Shown piece by piece: positions 52,463 to 63,017 of a DNA stretch of 64,000 nucleotides. The notes under the pieces were generated by a model. The model was not told the DNA's origin. It did no database searches and saw only the letters and a program-made list of their open reading frames with translations. A program made the translations under genes and the position numbers. The DNA is from a virus. Positions within the stretch are counted from its first letter, which is position 1. Each line of letters opens with the position of its first letter. Location of the stretch: the IMG/VR virus record IMGVR_UViG_3300045988_167582; one strand, given 5' to 3'.

Positions 52463-55400
52463 AAGCTATATACCATATCATATGCACACGGAGTATAGTC
52501 TGATAGATAGTTGCTCTAAGTATCCAGAATACATCGAACTTGCCGTCAGAGATGGAGCTAAGGCAATATCTTTCAGCGAACATTCAAAGCCATTAAATTG
52601 GTGCGAAAAATGGAACGCCTGCAAACAAGCGGGAATACGATATATTCATTCAGTTGAGATATATCTGACGGAATCGCTCAAGGAGAAAGTTCGTGACAAT
52701 TACCATACCGTCCTTATGGCACGGAATATGGAAGGGCTTCGTGAGCTGAACGCACTCGTAAGTTTGTCGTGTGACAAAGACCACTTTTACTATACCAATA
52801 GGCTCTCATTCGATGAGTTCCTCGGTATTTCAAAGAATATTATTACCACAAGCGCTTGCTTGGCTTCCCCGCTTAATAAGTTAGACGAGAGCCACCCACG
52901 GTATATGGAGTTAGCGAGAAAGTATGACTTTCTCGAAGTACAGGCGCACAATCATCCAGAACAGATTGAGTTCAACAAAAGGCTTGTGAAACTCGCAAAG
53001 CAGCTTGGGAAACCGCTTATTGCCGGAACAGACACGCATAGTTCCAGCAAATACAAAGCGGAGTGCAGAGCGGTTCTTTTGGCGGCAAAGCATAAGTCAT
53101 ACGGCGACGAAGACGCCTTTGATTTGACATATAAAACATACGATGAACTCGTAGAAATGTTCCGGACGCAGGGAGCCCTGACAGAGAATGAGTACTTAGA
53201 AGCGATTGAAAACACGAATCGGCTTTACGACATGACAGAAGATATCGAGTTGGACACATCTATTAAGTACCCCATCCTATATGGTACAAGAGAGGCGGAC
53301 TCGGAGAAGTTCACAGAAACGGTCGAAAGAAAATTCAAAGAGAAGCTCGAAACCGGCATAATTCCGGCAAGTCAAGAGGCTGCGTTCCGTACCGCAATCG
53401 AGGAGGAAATGCGAGTTTTCCGAAAACTTAAAATGGATGGATTTATGCTCTCGATGTCTGAACTGATTAGTTGGTGCAAAGAGCAGGGAATGGCAATTGG
53501 TACGGCGAGAGGTTCGGTCGGCGGTTCCAGAGTGGCGTATATCACTGATATCATCGACTTGAATCCGGAAACTTGGCAAACTGTTTTCTCGAGATTCTGT
53601 AATGAAGACCGTGTTGAAATCGGAGACATCGATATAGACTGCGTTGAATCTGACAGACCCGCAATTTTCAAACACATTACAGACCGATTCGGGAAGGACA
53701 AAACGGCGCGAGTTGCATCCTTTGGCACAATGCAATCAAAAGGAGTGATTGATGACGTTGGGCGAAGTCTCGCTATCAAATGGGAGAAATCGAACCCCGG
53801 CAGACCAAACGGGGATAACCCTTGGTCATTATCCAATGTTGCTCGTATCAAAACCGAGTTCGAGGCGAATGAAGATAAGACGAAGAAGAAATACCCTGAG
53901 CTGTTCTACTATTATGATGGCTTAATTGATACGAAAATTTCGCAGTCGGTACATCCGGCTGGTATGGTCATCAGCCCAATTACACTCGTCGATAATTTCG
54001 GTGTCTTTGATAAAGACGACGAGAACTGCTTAATGTTGGATATGGAAAACATTCACGACTTCACAGGGCTCGCAAAATACGACTTCCTTATCCTAAAGAC
54101 CGTGCAAGTGATTCGCGATACCTGTCGATATCTGAATAAACCATATCCTAAGACGCACGAAATCGACTGGAATGATAAAGAAGTATGGGCAGATATGATT
54201 CGCAACCCATCAGGCATATTCCAGTTTGAAGGAGCATTTGCTTTCGAGAGCTTAAAGAAATTTGTGCCTCAAAGCATTTTCGATATGTCAATCGTTACAG
54301 CTTGTATTAGACCATCCGGTTCTTCATATAGAGATGTCCTCCTTGCAAGGCAAGTACATAAGAACCCGTCGGAAATGATTGATGATTTGCTCCGAGATAA
54401 TCTCGGGTATCTGATTTACCAAGAAGATACAATTAAGTTTCTTCAGCAGATTTGCGGTTTGTCTGGAAGTGAAGCTGACAACATCAGACGAGCAATCGGA
54501 CGAAAGCAAAAGGAAAGACTGGACAAGGCTATGCCGTCCATTCTTGAAGGGTACTGCAATAAATCTCCAAAACCAAGGGCTGAAGCAGAGCAAGAGGCAA
54601 AAGAGTTTCTTCAGATTATTGAGGACAGTGCCAGTTATCAGTTCGGCTACAATCACTCCGTAGCTTATTGCCTTCTCGGTTATTTGTGTGCTTACTACCG
54701 GTATTACCACCCGATTGAGTTTATCACTTCATTTCTTAACAACGCTGCTAACGAAGACGACATTCGCAATGGTACGGCATATGCAAATCGGGTCGGCATT
54801 AAAATCACGATGCCAAAGTGGGGTCTATCTAAGAGTGAATACTTCTTTGATAAAGATAAAAACATTATTGCCAAAGGGCTTTCCTCTATCAAATATATGA
54901 GTTCAGGGATTGCCGAAGAATTGTATGGTCTTGCACACGAAAAATCACATTGCAGATTTGTTGATGTTCTTCGAGACCTTGACCAAAAGACATCGCTTAA
55001 CACAAGACAGCTTGATATTTTGATTAAGATAGATTTCTTCTCCGATTTTGGAAATCAGAGAGAACTACTGCGAATTACGGATTTGTATTACGAGACATTT
55101 AAGAGAGGTCAGGCAAAGAAAATTAGTAAGGATAAGGTTGACGGTACGCCTCTTGAAGCAATCGTAAGTAAATATGCTGTCGGTGTTACAAAGTCAGGGG
55201 GAGTAGCTAAGAGCTATACATTGCTGGATATCGACTCTATTTTGAACGAGGCAGAAGACGCAGTAATGGCATTACATATGGACGACCTGAGCGACCTACT
55301 TAAAGTAAGAAACTTCGCTGATGTTATGGGCTATGTGGGATATGTTTCAGGTAAGGAAGAAGACCGCAGAAAACTTTATATTCTTGATGTGTATCCCTTG

Positions 55401-55598
55401 GTTCGTCGGAAAGACAATAAGCAATTCGGGTACTCCGTCATTACTAAATCTATAGGAAGCGGGAAAGAAGGAAGATTCACTGTGGTGAATAAGCTATATG
55501 ACGAAACACCGATTAGTAAAGGAGATATTGTCTACTGTAAAAGCTTTGAGCGAAACGGGCAGTATTTCAGACTTACCGGTTATGACAAAGTCTATTAA
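52452..55598 (+). CDS. dnaE: DNA polymerase III alpha subunit (DnaE-type, N-terminal PHP domain)
   Basis: YHMHTEYSLIDS (PHP), GTARGSVGGSRVAYITDIIDLNP, IGDIDIDC; 1048 aa. Confidence 0.9.
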   Translation: MGNKSYIPYHMHTEYSLIDSCSKYPEYIELAVRDGAKAISFSEHSKPLNWCEKWNACKQAGIRYIHSVEIYLTESLKEKVRDNYHTVLMARNMEGLRELNALVSLSCDKDHFYYTNRLSFDEFLGISKNIITTSACLASPLNKLDESHPRYMELARKYDFLEVQAHNHPEQIEFNKRLVKLAKQLGKPLIAGTDTHSSSKYKAECRAVLLAAKHKSYGDEDAFDLTYKTYDELVEMFRTQGALTENEYLEAIENTNRLYDMTEDIELDTSIKYPILYGTREADSEKFTETVERKFKEKLETGIIPASQEAAFRTAIEEEMRVFRKLKMDGFMLSMSELISWCKEQGMAIGTARGSVGGSRVAYITDIIDLNPETWQTVFSRFCNEDRVEIGDIDIDCVESDRPAIFKHITDRFGKDKTARVASFGTMQSKGVIDDVGRSLAIKWEKSNPGRPNGDNPWSLSNVARIKTEFEANEDKTKKKYPELFYYYDGLIDTKISQSVHPAGMVISPITLVDNFGVFDKDDENCLMLDMENIHDFTGLAKYDFLILKTVQVIRDTCRYLNKPYPKTHEIDWNDKEVWADMIRNPSGIFQFEGAFAFESLKKFVPQSIFDMSIVTACIRPSGSSYRDVLLARQVHKNPSEMIDDLLRDNLGYLIYQEDTIKFLQQICGLSGSEADNIRRAIGRKQKERLDKAMPSILEGYCNKSPKPRAEAEQEAKEFLQIIEDSASYQFGYNHSVAYCLLGYLCAYYRYYHPIEFITSFLNNAANEDDIRNGTAYANRVGIKITMPKWGLSKSEYFFDKDKNIIAKGLSSIKYMSSGIAEELYGLAHEKSHCRFVDVLRDLDQKTSLNTRQLDILIKIDFFSDFGNQRELLRITDLYYETFKRGQAKKISKDKVDGTPLEAIVSKYAVGVTKSGGVAKSYTLLDIDSILNEAEDAVMALHMDDLSDLLKVRNFADVMGYVGYVSGKEEDRRKLYILDVYPLVRRKDNKQFGYSVITKSIGSGKEGRFTVVNKLYDETPISKGDIVYCKSFERNGQYFRLTGYDKVY

Positions 55599-55610
55599 AA
55601 GGAGTTAGCG

Positions 55611-56033
55611 ATGGACAAATTAACATATGATTCACTTGCTGAGGTTTTCAAGCAATGCCACAGTAAACCGAATTATGCAGCCGGAATTTTCATTCCGGAT
55701 TATAGACGCCAAAAAGAGTTTGCAGATGAAATGATGCAACTGATACGTTCAGATGCACTTCGCGGAGCGAGGATTTGCAACAACCCATACGTTCAGATGC
55801 ACTTCCCAATTGATTTTACATCAAAGATTCTTTTTGAAAATGGTAGCTACATTACAACCAATGTATACGACAGCGACGTTAAATTTAATTCTCTGCTTTA
55901 CGATGGCTTGTGTGTATCCGATGAGACATTAAAGAATCTCGACGCAACCGTGGTGCCATATGGTTGGTTTGCAAGTGACACCGAAGATGAGAGCTCATTA
56001 AACGATTTCCTTAGTAGTTTCAAAATCACATAA
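55611..56033 (+). CDS. hypothetical protein (140 aa)
   Basis: aaggag RBS. Confidence 0.6.
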   Translation: MDKLTYDSLAEVFKQCHSKPNYAAGIFIPDYRRQKEFADEMMQLIRSDALRGARICNNPYVQMHFPIDFTSKILFENGSYITTNVYDSDVKFNSLLYDGLCVSDETLKNLDATVVPYGWFASDTEDESSLNDFLSSFKIT

Positions 56034-56084
56034 AAGTGTTTATAAAACTACGCTTTTATATTCGTATAGAAAGGAGGACGGTTA

Positions 56085-56282
56085 ATGGCTAAAGAAATCA
56101 TTTGCAATAAATGCGGAAAGAAATTTGATTTCTGGGACACTCAGGAGGACTTCTCGATTGAGAGAAGCTTGGGTTACGGAACGAAATATGATGGTTCAAC
56201 CCTTGAACTCGACCTGTGTTGCGAATGCATGGAGAAGCTCATTGAAGAGTGCGTTATTTCTCCAATATCAGATAATACATAA
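56085..56282 (+). CDS. small zinc-ribbon protein
   Basis: aaggagg RBS; CNKCGKKF ... CCEC. Confidence 0.55.
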   Translation: MAKEIICNKCGKKFDFWDTQEDFSIERSLGYGTKYDGSTLELDLCCECMEKLIEECVISPISDNT

Positions 56283-56294
56283 AACAAATCAAAA

Positions 56295-56969
56295 ATGGAA
56301 GGAGGCGATTTTATCAAGTCAAGTACTCGATATAATATTGCTGCATTGGGCGTGGTAATTCTTCTTGTCTTACTTGCTTCGAGAGTTTTAGCAGATAAAA
56401 GGCGGCTTGCTGCGGATACATCCACATTTGAAACATATTCCGAAACAACAATTATTTCTGATTGCTCTTCGGAGCCGGGAACCGAGACGGAAGAAATCCA
56501 GCCCACCACAGAAACAACGAGCGCTACCAATGCGAACGCCACCACAACTAACTCGGAGAGCGATAAGCACACCGTTATTTACTATACAGACAATGACGCA
56601 GTTGACATAGCGAAAGTTTTATACAGGGAATGCCGAGGTGTCCCGAGCGTTACCGAGCAGGCGTGTGTAGCGTGGACAATTCTAAATAGAGTTGATAACA
56701 ATAATGCATCCATCCACGATGTTGTTTCGTCACCGCATCAGTTTGCGTTTTCTGAAAACACACCAGTTGATGAAACGCTCCTGAACCTTGCTTATGATGT
56801 TCTTGAACGTTGGAATAGTGAGAAAAACGGTGAAACTAATGTTGGCAGAGTCTTGCCGGAGTCTTATCTCTGGTTTGAAGGACACAGCGGTCACAACTAT
56901 TTTAGGAACCGATATGACGGCGATTTTACCGTATGGAGCTATTCTTTAGAAAGCCCATATGAAAGTTAA
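56295..56969 (+). CDS. membrane-anchored SleB/CwlJ-type cell-wall hydrolase domain protein
   Basis: N-terminal TM segment (IAALGVVILLVLLA), a T/E-rich linker, and VLYRECRGVPSVTEQACVAWTILNRV...PHQFAF. Confidence 0.75.
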   Translation: MEGGDFIKSSTRYNIAALGVVILLVLLASRVLADKRRLAADTSTFETYSETTIISDCSSEPGTETEEIQPTTETTSATNANATTTNSESDKHTVIYYTDNDAVDIAKVLYRECRGVPSVTEQACVAWTILNRVDNNNASIHDVVSSPHQFAFSENTPVDETLLNLAYDVLERWNSEKNGETNVGRVLPESYLWFEGHSGHNYFRNRYDGDFTVWSYSLESPYES

Positions 56970-57014
56970 CCTGCCGTATCAAGATAATTAAAAAATATGC
57001 AAAGGAGCTAATAT

Positions 57015-57734
57015 ATGAATCCAAGAGACGCTTGCGAAGTCGCGTATCAGAATGGTTATGCTCAGGGGCTGCTTGATAGCGGTGTCCACCGCGTTGAAAA
57101 TTGCGAATGCGTTTCCAATGCGAAAGTCTTCGGGTTAGAAGACAGTATTCGCGGAGCTAAATTCCCTATGTCAACGGATGTAAGCAAACTTAACACAGAG
57201 ATGACCGATGGAATTAAGGCTTTAGCGCAAAGTAAAAAGGGAGAAGGGCATGACCAATGGCTCACGGGAGTGATTGTCCAGTTTGACCTAACGTTTTCAA
57301 ATAAAGCGTGGGTTGAAGCAGAACGTTATAGCTTTCTCGATTTCGTAAGTTCACAAAGTACAATGCACAGGATTTCAAGATTTAACTTTGAAAAGGTATA
57401 TAACGAGTTTGTTGATGATAGGATTATCGAGATTATCAAAGAAAAGGTTGAGCGGTACAACGATTATTGCGCCTCGATTACCACCGGGCTTACGCCACAG
57501 AGCGTAGAATGCCAGCAAGCCATTGAAGCCAAGAAAAAAGAATTATACCTTGATATCTTATATAACAACCCGGCTGGTTGCCAAATCACTGCGAGAATGT
57601 CAACAAACTATCGTCAGCTGAAAACAATTTATTCTCAGCGGAAAAATCATAGGCTGCCTGAGTGGCGGACATTCTGTAAATGGATTGAGACATTACCCAT
57701 GAGTGAGTTGATTACGGGCAACGATAAGGGGTGA
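57015..57734 (+). CDS. hypothetical protein (239 aa)
   Basis: aaaggag RBS; only a vague ThyX-like flavour (see noticed_but_rejected). Confidence 0.6.
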   Translation: MNPRDACEVAYQNGYAQGLLDSGVHRVENCECVSNAKVFGLEDSIRGAKFPMSTDVSKLNTEMTDGIKALAQSKKGEGHDQWLTGVIVQFDLTFSNKAWVEAERYSFLDFVSSQSTMHRISRFNFEKVYNEFVDDRIIEIIKEKVERYNDYCASITTGLTPQSVECQQAIEAKKKELYLDILYNNPAGCQITARMSTNYRQLKTIYSQRKNHRLPEWRTFCKWIETLPMSELITGNDKG

Positions 57735-58171
57735 GCACTACGAAGAGCAGGATACAGAACCCATATCGCATGAAACAGCTAATCGATTTTCAGGGGCTTG
57801 ATATAGATGGTTATATCTATCCAACTGATATCGATGGGTTAATTGAGTATAAAGACTCAGAATACATAATCTTTGAAATTAAATATGGCGGCGCAGAAGT
57901 GCCTGTCGGTCAAAAGCTTGCGCTTCAAAGAATGGTAGATGACTTTACTAAGGTCGGTAAGCAGGCGGTAGCACTTGTCTGTGAGCACACAGTACACGAT
58001 GCAGAAAAACCTGTTATAGCCGCTTGGTGCAAGGTGCGTGAAATCTATTACGGTAAGGAGAAACAGTGGCGAGCGCCTGATTCGGAGATAACCGTGAGAG
58101 AAGCCGTCGATAACTTTCAAAGATATTCAAGGCTTGTAGCCGACACAACGAGAGGAGATGATGCGGTTTGA
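57731..58171 (+). CDS. hypothetical protein, possible PD-(D/E)XK fold
   Basis: GTG start overlapping the upstream stop. DIDGLIEYKDSEYIIFEIKYG has a D...E.K spacing; weak. Confidence 0.5.
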   Translation: MSTTKSRIQNPYRMKQLIDFQGLDIDGYIYPTDIDGLIEYKDSEYIIFEIKYGGAEVPVGQKLALQRMVDDFTKVGKQAVALVCEHTVHDAEKPVIAAWCKVREIYYGKEKQWRAPDSEITVREAVDNFQRYSRLVADTTRGDDAV

Positions 58172-58710
58172 AGGTAATCTTAATTTCTGGCAAAGCACAA
58201 AACGGCAAAGACACGGTAGCAGCATATATGAGAGAAAAACTGACAGAAGATAAACACCGTGTTTTGATTACACATTATGCGGACTTGCTCAAATATATCT
58301 GTCGCAGTTATTTTGGCTGGGACGGAGTGAAGGACGAGAAGGGACGCAAAATGTTACAGTACGTTGGTACTGATGTTATTAGGAAAGAAAACCCGAGCCT
58401 ATGGGTGGATTTCGTGGCACTTATGCTGAAATACTTCCACGAAAACTGGGACTATGTTATTATCCCTGACTGCCGGTTTCCTAATGAGGTATCCACAATG
58501 CGAGATAGTGGGTTTGACACCTTATATCTGCGCATTATCAGAAGCAATTTTGCCAGCCCTCTTACAGAAGAACAGCAGAAACATCCGTCAGAGACAGCCC
58601 TTGACGGGTACGACGCTGACTACTGTATTGATAACAACGGAACGCTTTCGGAGTTAAAAACGAAAGTCGATAATTGGATTAAGGAGAGTTTATATGAGCA
58701 CGAATCATAA
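58168..58710 (+). CDS. P-loop deoxynucleoside monophosphate kinase-like protein
   Basis: TTG start; ILISGKAQNGKDT P-loop, as in phage dNMP kinases. Confidence 0.7.
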   Translation: MKVILISGKAQNGKDTVAAYMREKLTEDKHRVLITHYADLLKYICRSYFGWDGVKDEKGRKMLQYVGTDVIRKENPSLWVDFVALMLKYFHENWDYVIIPDCRFPNEVSTMRDSGFDTLYLRIIRSNFASPLTEEQQKHPSETALDGYDADYCIDNNGTLSELKTKVDNWIKESLYEHES

Positions 58711-59335
58711 GGGTTATTACGACATTGACATCGATATCGAAAAAGCACTGATTGATAGTGGAATGATTGATGAAATCTTCTACTTGAAAGACCTTAAACA
58801 GCGAAAGCTTTTCCTGAATACCGATGTCGAACAACTCTCCGTTGGAGAAATCGTAAAACACATCATGCAGTATAACAAAGAGGACATCGGCATTGAACCC
58901 GACAAGAGAACTCCCATCATTCTGTATGTATCTTCTAATGGAGGCGAAGTCGATTCCGGATTTGAACTTATTGATGTGATTATGGCAAGTAAGACACCTG
59001 TTTTTACTGTCAATCTCGGATATCAGTACAGCATGGGCTTTTTAATCGGTCTTGCCGGAACCAAAAGATTTGCTATGCGCAACGCAAAGTTCCTTATGCA
59101 TGACGGTTCAAATTTTGTATATAACTCGGGAGCGAAAGCACAAGACCAGATGGAATTTCAGCGTCGCGTAGAAGACATGATTAAGCAGTACATCCTCTCC
59201 CGAAGCAAAATTACAAGCAAGGAATACGACAGTAAACTTAGAGTTGAGTGGTACCTTTTTGCGGATGAAGCTAAGGACAAGGGGTTCTGTGATTACATTA
59301 TCGGAGACGACTGCGACATCGATGAGGTGATTTAA
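58694..59335 (+). CDS. ClpP/S14-family serine protease-like protein, paralog 2
   Basis: ILYVSSNGGEVDSGFELIDVI ... GYQYSMGF ... LMHDG. Confidence 0.7.
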   Translation: MSTNHKGYYDIDIDIEKALIDSGMIDEIFYLKDLKQRKLFLNTDVEQLSVGEIVKHIMQYNKEDIGIEPDKRTPIILYVSSNGGEVDSGFELIDVIMASKTPVFTVNLGYQYSMGFLIGLAGTKRFAMRNAKFLMHDGSNFVYNSGAKAQDQMEFQRRVEDMIKQYILSRSKITSKEYDSKLRVEWYLFADEAKDKGFCDYIIGDDCDIDEVI

Positions 59336-59346
59336 GGGAGGTTCCT

Positions 59347-60174
59347 ATGGACGAATATCTTGGCTTTAAGGAAGTTGTTTTATCCGATAATGAAATTAAC
59401 TCAATTTTCCAAAATAATATGGCAAACACCTTTGGTTGCCTTCCTAATCAGTACCTGATTGCAAAGGATGGTTGCGACAATAACCTCGAGTTAATGAGGT
59501 GTACGGGAGATAAGATGGTCAAAGTACCGTACAAAACTATTAACAGTAGGTTTTTAGGAAAGGTTAAACCACGAAATACTCAGCAGCAGCTTGCAATCGA
59601 TATGCTTTACAACAACGATATTACCGTCAAGGTAATTGCAGGCAAGTTCGGAACGGGCAAAGACTTCTTGATGTGCTCTGCGGCAATCGACCTTCTTGAA
59701 CACAACAAATTTGAAAAAATCGTTTATATTCGGAACAATATTGAGGTTAAAAACTCAAAACCCATCGGATATCTCCCCGGTTCATACAATGAAAAGCTCC
59801 TTCCGTTCGCAATGCCGCTGGCAGACCATTTAGGAGGAACTGACGGTTTGAGTTTAATGGTCGGACACGGTCAGATTGAGATTGTCCACCTCGGCTTTAT
59901 CAGAGGTCGTGACATTAAGAACTCAATTATCCTTTGCTCCGAGGCAGAAAACATGACAAAGGAACATATCCAGCTACTTCTCGGGCGAGTCGGAGAAGGG
60001 TCTGCGCTCTGGATTAACGGTGATTTTAAGCAGTGTGATGCAGAGGTTTTCAGACAGAATAGTGGGCTTATGGCTGCTGTTGATAAGCTTAAGGGACATC
60101 CGAGATTTGGGTATGTGAAACTATTAAAGACAGAGAGGAGCGAGACGGCAGCCATGGCTGACCTGTTGGATTAA
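59347..60174 (+). CDS. phoH: PhoH-family ATPase
   Basis: IAGKFGTGKDF (Walker A), GYLPGSYNEKLLPF, GFIRGRD, CSEAENMT, INGDFKQCD. Confidence 0.85.
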   Translation: MDEYLGFKEVVLSDNEINSIFQNNMANTFGCLPNQYLIAKDGCDNNLELMRCTGDKMVKVPYKTINSRFLGKVKPRNTQQQLAIDMLYNNDITVKVIAGKFGTGKDFLMCSAAIDLLEHNKFEKIVYIRNNIEVKNSKPIGYLPGSYNEKLLPFAMPLADHLGGTDGLSLMVGHGQIEIVHLGFIRGRDIKNSIILCSEAENMTKEHIQLLLGRVGEGSALWINGDFKQCDAEVFRQNSGLMAAVDKLKGHPRFGYVKLLKTERSETAAMADLLD

Positions 60175-60177
60175 AAA

Positions 60178-60738
60178 ATGAACAAACTCACAGTTCTTGT
60201 GGATATGGACGACACGCTCGAAAATCTTTGTGAAACGTGGGTTGAATATCTGAACGAGAGGCACGGTACCAATGTACATATCAATGATGTGAAAGAATGG
60301 GATATGACAAAAGCATTCCCAACGCTTTCAAAATCCGAGCTTTTTGCACCATTGTACGAAGAAGAGTTATGGAAGAGGGTAAAACCTCTTCCGGATTCGG
60401 TCAAATATGTTAAAAGACTGCTTGATGACGGACACAAGGTTATCATTGTGACGGCATCGCACCAAGATACTGTTGCGTATAAGCTCAACGATGTTTTGTT
60501 CAGATATTTTCCGTTTCTCACCACAAACGACGTGGTTATCGCATATCAAAAACAACTTATCAGAGGAGACGTTCTAATTGATGACGCCCCTCACAATCTC
60601 ATCGGAGGGGAATACAAAGGAATTCTGATGAACGCTCCTCATAACAAACAGTTTGACGAAAAAGCTACTGGCTTTGTAAGGGTTGCTAATTGGGAAGAGG
60701 CTTACAACGCAGTACGCAATATTGCAGAAGAGAGGTGA
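60178..60738 (+). CDS. HAD-family 5'(3')-deoxyribonucleotidase
   Basis: LVDMDDTLENL (DxDxT) with NT5C-like length and pattern. Confidence 0.8.
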   Translation: MNKLTVLVDMDDTLENLCETWVEYLNERHGTNVHINDVKEWDMTKAFPTLSKSELFAPLYEEELWKRVKPLPDSVKYVKRLLDDGHKVIIVTASHQDTVAYKLNDVLFRYFPFLTTNDVVIAYQKQLIRGDVLIDDAPHNLIGGEYKGILMNAPHNKQFDEKATGFVRVANWEEAYNAVRNIAEER

Positions 60739-60941
60739 ACGATATTTACATCTTATACTCAACAGGATGCCCCAAATGCGAAGTCTTAAAGAAAAAACTC
60801 GCCGAAAAAGGCGTCCAGTACACAGAAAATAACTCAGTGGACGAGATGTTAACGCTCGGCATTGAAGCAGTCCCGGTCTTAAAGGTGAACGACCGACTCC
60901 TTGATTTTAAGGGAGCGGTTGACTGGGTAAATAAACAGTAA
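60735..60941 (+). CDS. glutaredoxin/NrdH-like redoxin
   Basis: GTG 60735; YSTGCPKCEVLKKKL ... VPVL thioredoxin-fold CxxC; directly upstream of nrdD. Confidence 0.65.
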   Translation: MNDIYILYSTGCPKCEVLKKKLAEKGVQYTENNSVDEMLTLGIEAVPVLKVNDRLLDFKGAVDWVNKQ

Positions 60942-60952
60942 GGAGATGGCAA

Positions 60953-62869
60953 ATGAACATTCCATTAAAGATGAATAGAGATTTTGAAAAGGTTATGCAG
61001 TCGATGCTTGAGAAATACGGGGAGGATTTCGAGTATCTTAACGGATTCCACGAAACACAGTTAAATTTCTCGGACTTTATCGACAGCTTTGTTGACAAAA
61101 AGGTTGCAGACGTAACGATTGACGCAAACGCCAATGCGTCAAACAAGGATATTCGCAGTCTTATCAATGAAAAAGGGAAATCTCTCGACAAGCTCTTCGC
61201 TTTCAATAAGATTTTTTACGAACTCAAGAAGAAATACAACCTCAAAACAGCAAAAGAGTGGCTCGAATGCGAATATAATGGTGCTTTTTATCTGCACGAC
61301 GCATCATCGGCAACATATTTACCGTATTGTTATGCATACGACCTCACCAGACTTGCAACAGAGGGCTTATTCTTCCTTAAAAACTATAATAATCAGCCCC
61401 CGAAACACCTTACAACATTTATTGACGACGTAATCGAGTACATTAGCTACATGAGTAACCGGAGTTCCGGCGCTGTGGGTATCCCCAATGTGCTTATTTG
61501 GACTTATTACTTCTGGAAACACGATTGTGAGACCGGTTTTTATATCAAGGACAAGGACTATTACATCAGACAGTCTTTCCAGAAGCTGATTTACCGTCTG
61601 AACCAACCGTTTATGCGCATCGACCAGACTGCATTCGTCAACGTATCGATTTTTGACCGTAACTATATCGAGTCTTTGTTCGGCGGTGTTCAATACCCCG
61701 ACGGAACCTATGTAATCGACTGCGTGGACGAGCTTATTGAACATCAGAAACTGTTTATGGAAGTGGTTTCGCAGATTCGCAGTGAAAATATGTTTACATT
61801 CCCTGTCCTGACATACTCGCTGCTTTATAAAGACGGCAAATTTGTTGACGAGGATTTTGCACGCTGGTGTTCAGACCACAACACAAAATGGAATGACAGC
61901 AATTTCTTCGTAAGCGGAGATGTTACGACTCTTAGTAACTGTTGCCGACTGCTTTCTGATACAACCAAACTCAGCGCTTTCATCAATTCAATCGGCGGCA
62001 CAGCACTCTCCATTGGTTCCGTTAAGGTCAACACGATTAACCTTATGAGAATTGCGCTTGAAACAGAGTGTGACGAGAAAAAGTACCTCGCATTGCTCAA
62101 AAAGCGAGCAACGCTGTGCTGCAAGACACTGGATATCGTAAGACATATTATGCGTCGCAATATTGAAAAGGGTCTTCTCCCGAACTATCAGGACGGTGCG
62201 GTTGAAATGGATAAACAGTATTGCACTATGGGTATTCTCGGTCTCTTCGAGGTCATCGAAGCATTCGGGTATACCAAAGTTGACGAACTGGGCTATACCT
62301 ACTACACGGATGAAGGAATTGAACTTGCCTGCAAAATCTTTGATGTGTTAAACGAGGTCAAGGACGGTTTTACAACGGAGTATTCGTTCAACATCGAGTC
62401 TGTTCCTGCAGAGCGTGCAGCGTGTATTCTCTGCCAGAAAGACAACGCACTGTTCGACCTAAATAATAAGTTCATTTACTCAAATCAGTGGATTCCGCTT
62501 TCAACAAAATGCACCATCAAAGAAAAACTGCGTCTCAGCGCCATTCTTGATGAAAAATGCAGCGGCGGCAGTATCGCACATATCAATCTCGAAGCCAATT
62601 TCCCGAACAATGATATGGCGTGGGAAATGCTCAATAAGATTGCTCAAGCTGGAGTAATTTACTTTGCGTTTAATACAAGAATCAACGAGTGTAAGAACCA
62701 CCACGGTTTTGTTGGAACGGATATCTGCCCGAATTGCGGTGAGCCCGTTTTTGATACATATGTAAGAATTGTAGGGTATTTAGTTCCAACTCGAAGTTTC
62801 TCTAATGATAGGTTTAGAGAGTTTACAACTCGACAGTGGTACGAACTTTCGGAGACTATGCGTGAGTAA
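60953..62869 (+). CDS. nrdD: anaerobic (class III) ribonucleoside-triphosphate reductase
   Basis: 638 aa; C-terminal CPNCGEPVFDTYVRIVGYLVP (zinc ribbon plus glycyl-radical RxxGY). Confidence 0.9.
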   Translation: MNIPLKMNRDFEKVMQSMLEKYGEDFEYLNGFHETQLNFSDFIDSFVDKKVADVTIDANANASNKDIRSLINEKGKSLDKLFAFNKIFYELKKKYNLKTAKEWLECEYNGAFYLHDASSATYLPYCYAYDLTRLATEGLFFLKNYNNQPPKHLTTFIDDVIEYISYMSNRSSGAVGIPNVLIWTYYFWKHDCETGFYIKDKDYYIRQSFQKLIYRLNQPFMRIDQTAFVNVSIFDRNYIESLFGGVQYPDGTYVIDCVDELIEHQKLFMEVVSQIRSENMFTFPVLTYSLLYKDGKFVDEDFARWCSDHNTKWNDSNFFVSGDVTTLSNCCRLLSDTTKLSAFINSIGGTALSIGSVKVNTINLMRIALETECDEKKYLALLKKRATLCCKTLDIVRHIMRRNIEKGLLPNYQDGAVEMDKQYCTMGILGLFEVIEAFGYTKVDELGYTYYTDEGIELACKIFDVLNEVKDGFTTEYSFNIESVPAERAACILCQKDNALFDLNNKFIYSNQWIPLSTKCTIKEKLRLSAILDEKCSGGSIAHINLEANFPNNDMAWEMLNKIAQAGVIYFAFNTRINECKNHHGFVGTDICPNCGEPVFDTYVRIVGYLVPTRSFSNDRFREFTTRQWYELSETMRE

Positions 62870-63017
62870 ACTAATCGATTTGACTTCACAACGCTTCGGT
62901 AGACTGATGGTGCTTTTCTAAGCACCATCTACTGGAGGGCAAGCAGAACGGATTTGTATGTGCAACTAAGGAGATAATTTTAAAGACGAGAACTGTCGAT
63001 TTAACAGGACAATAGAT

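Noticed and set aside
57015-57734. Possible ThyX-like flavin thymidylate synthase (segment ERYSFLDFVSSQST).
   Set aside because: The RHRxxSxxxxSxR signature is not present. The resemblance is too weak to call.
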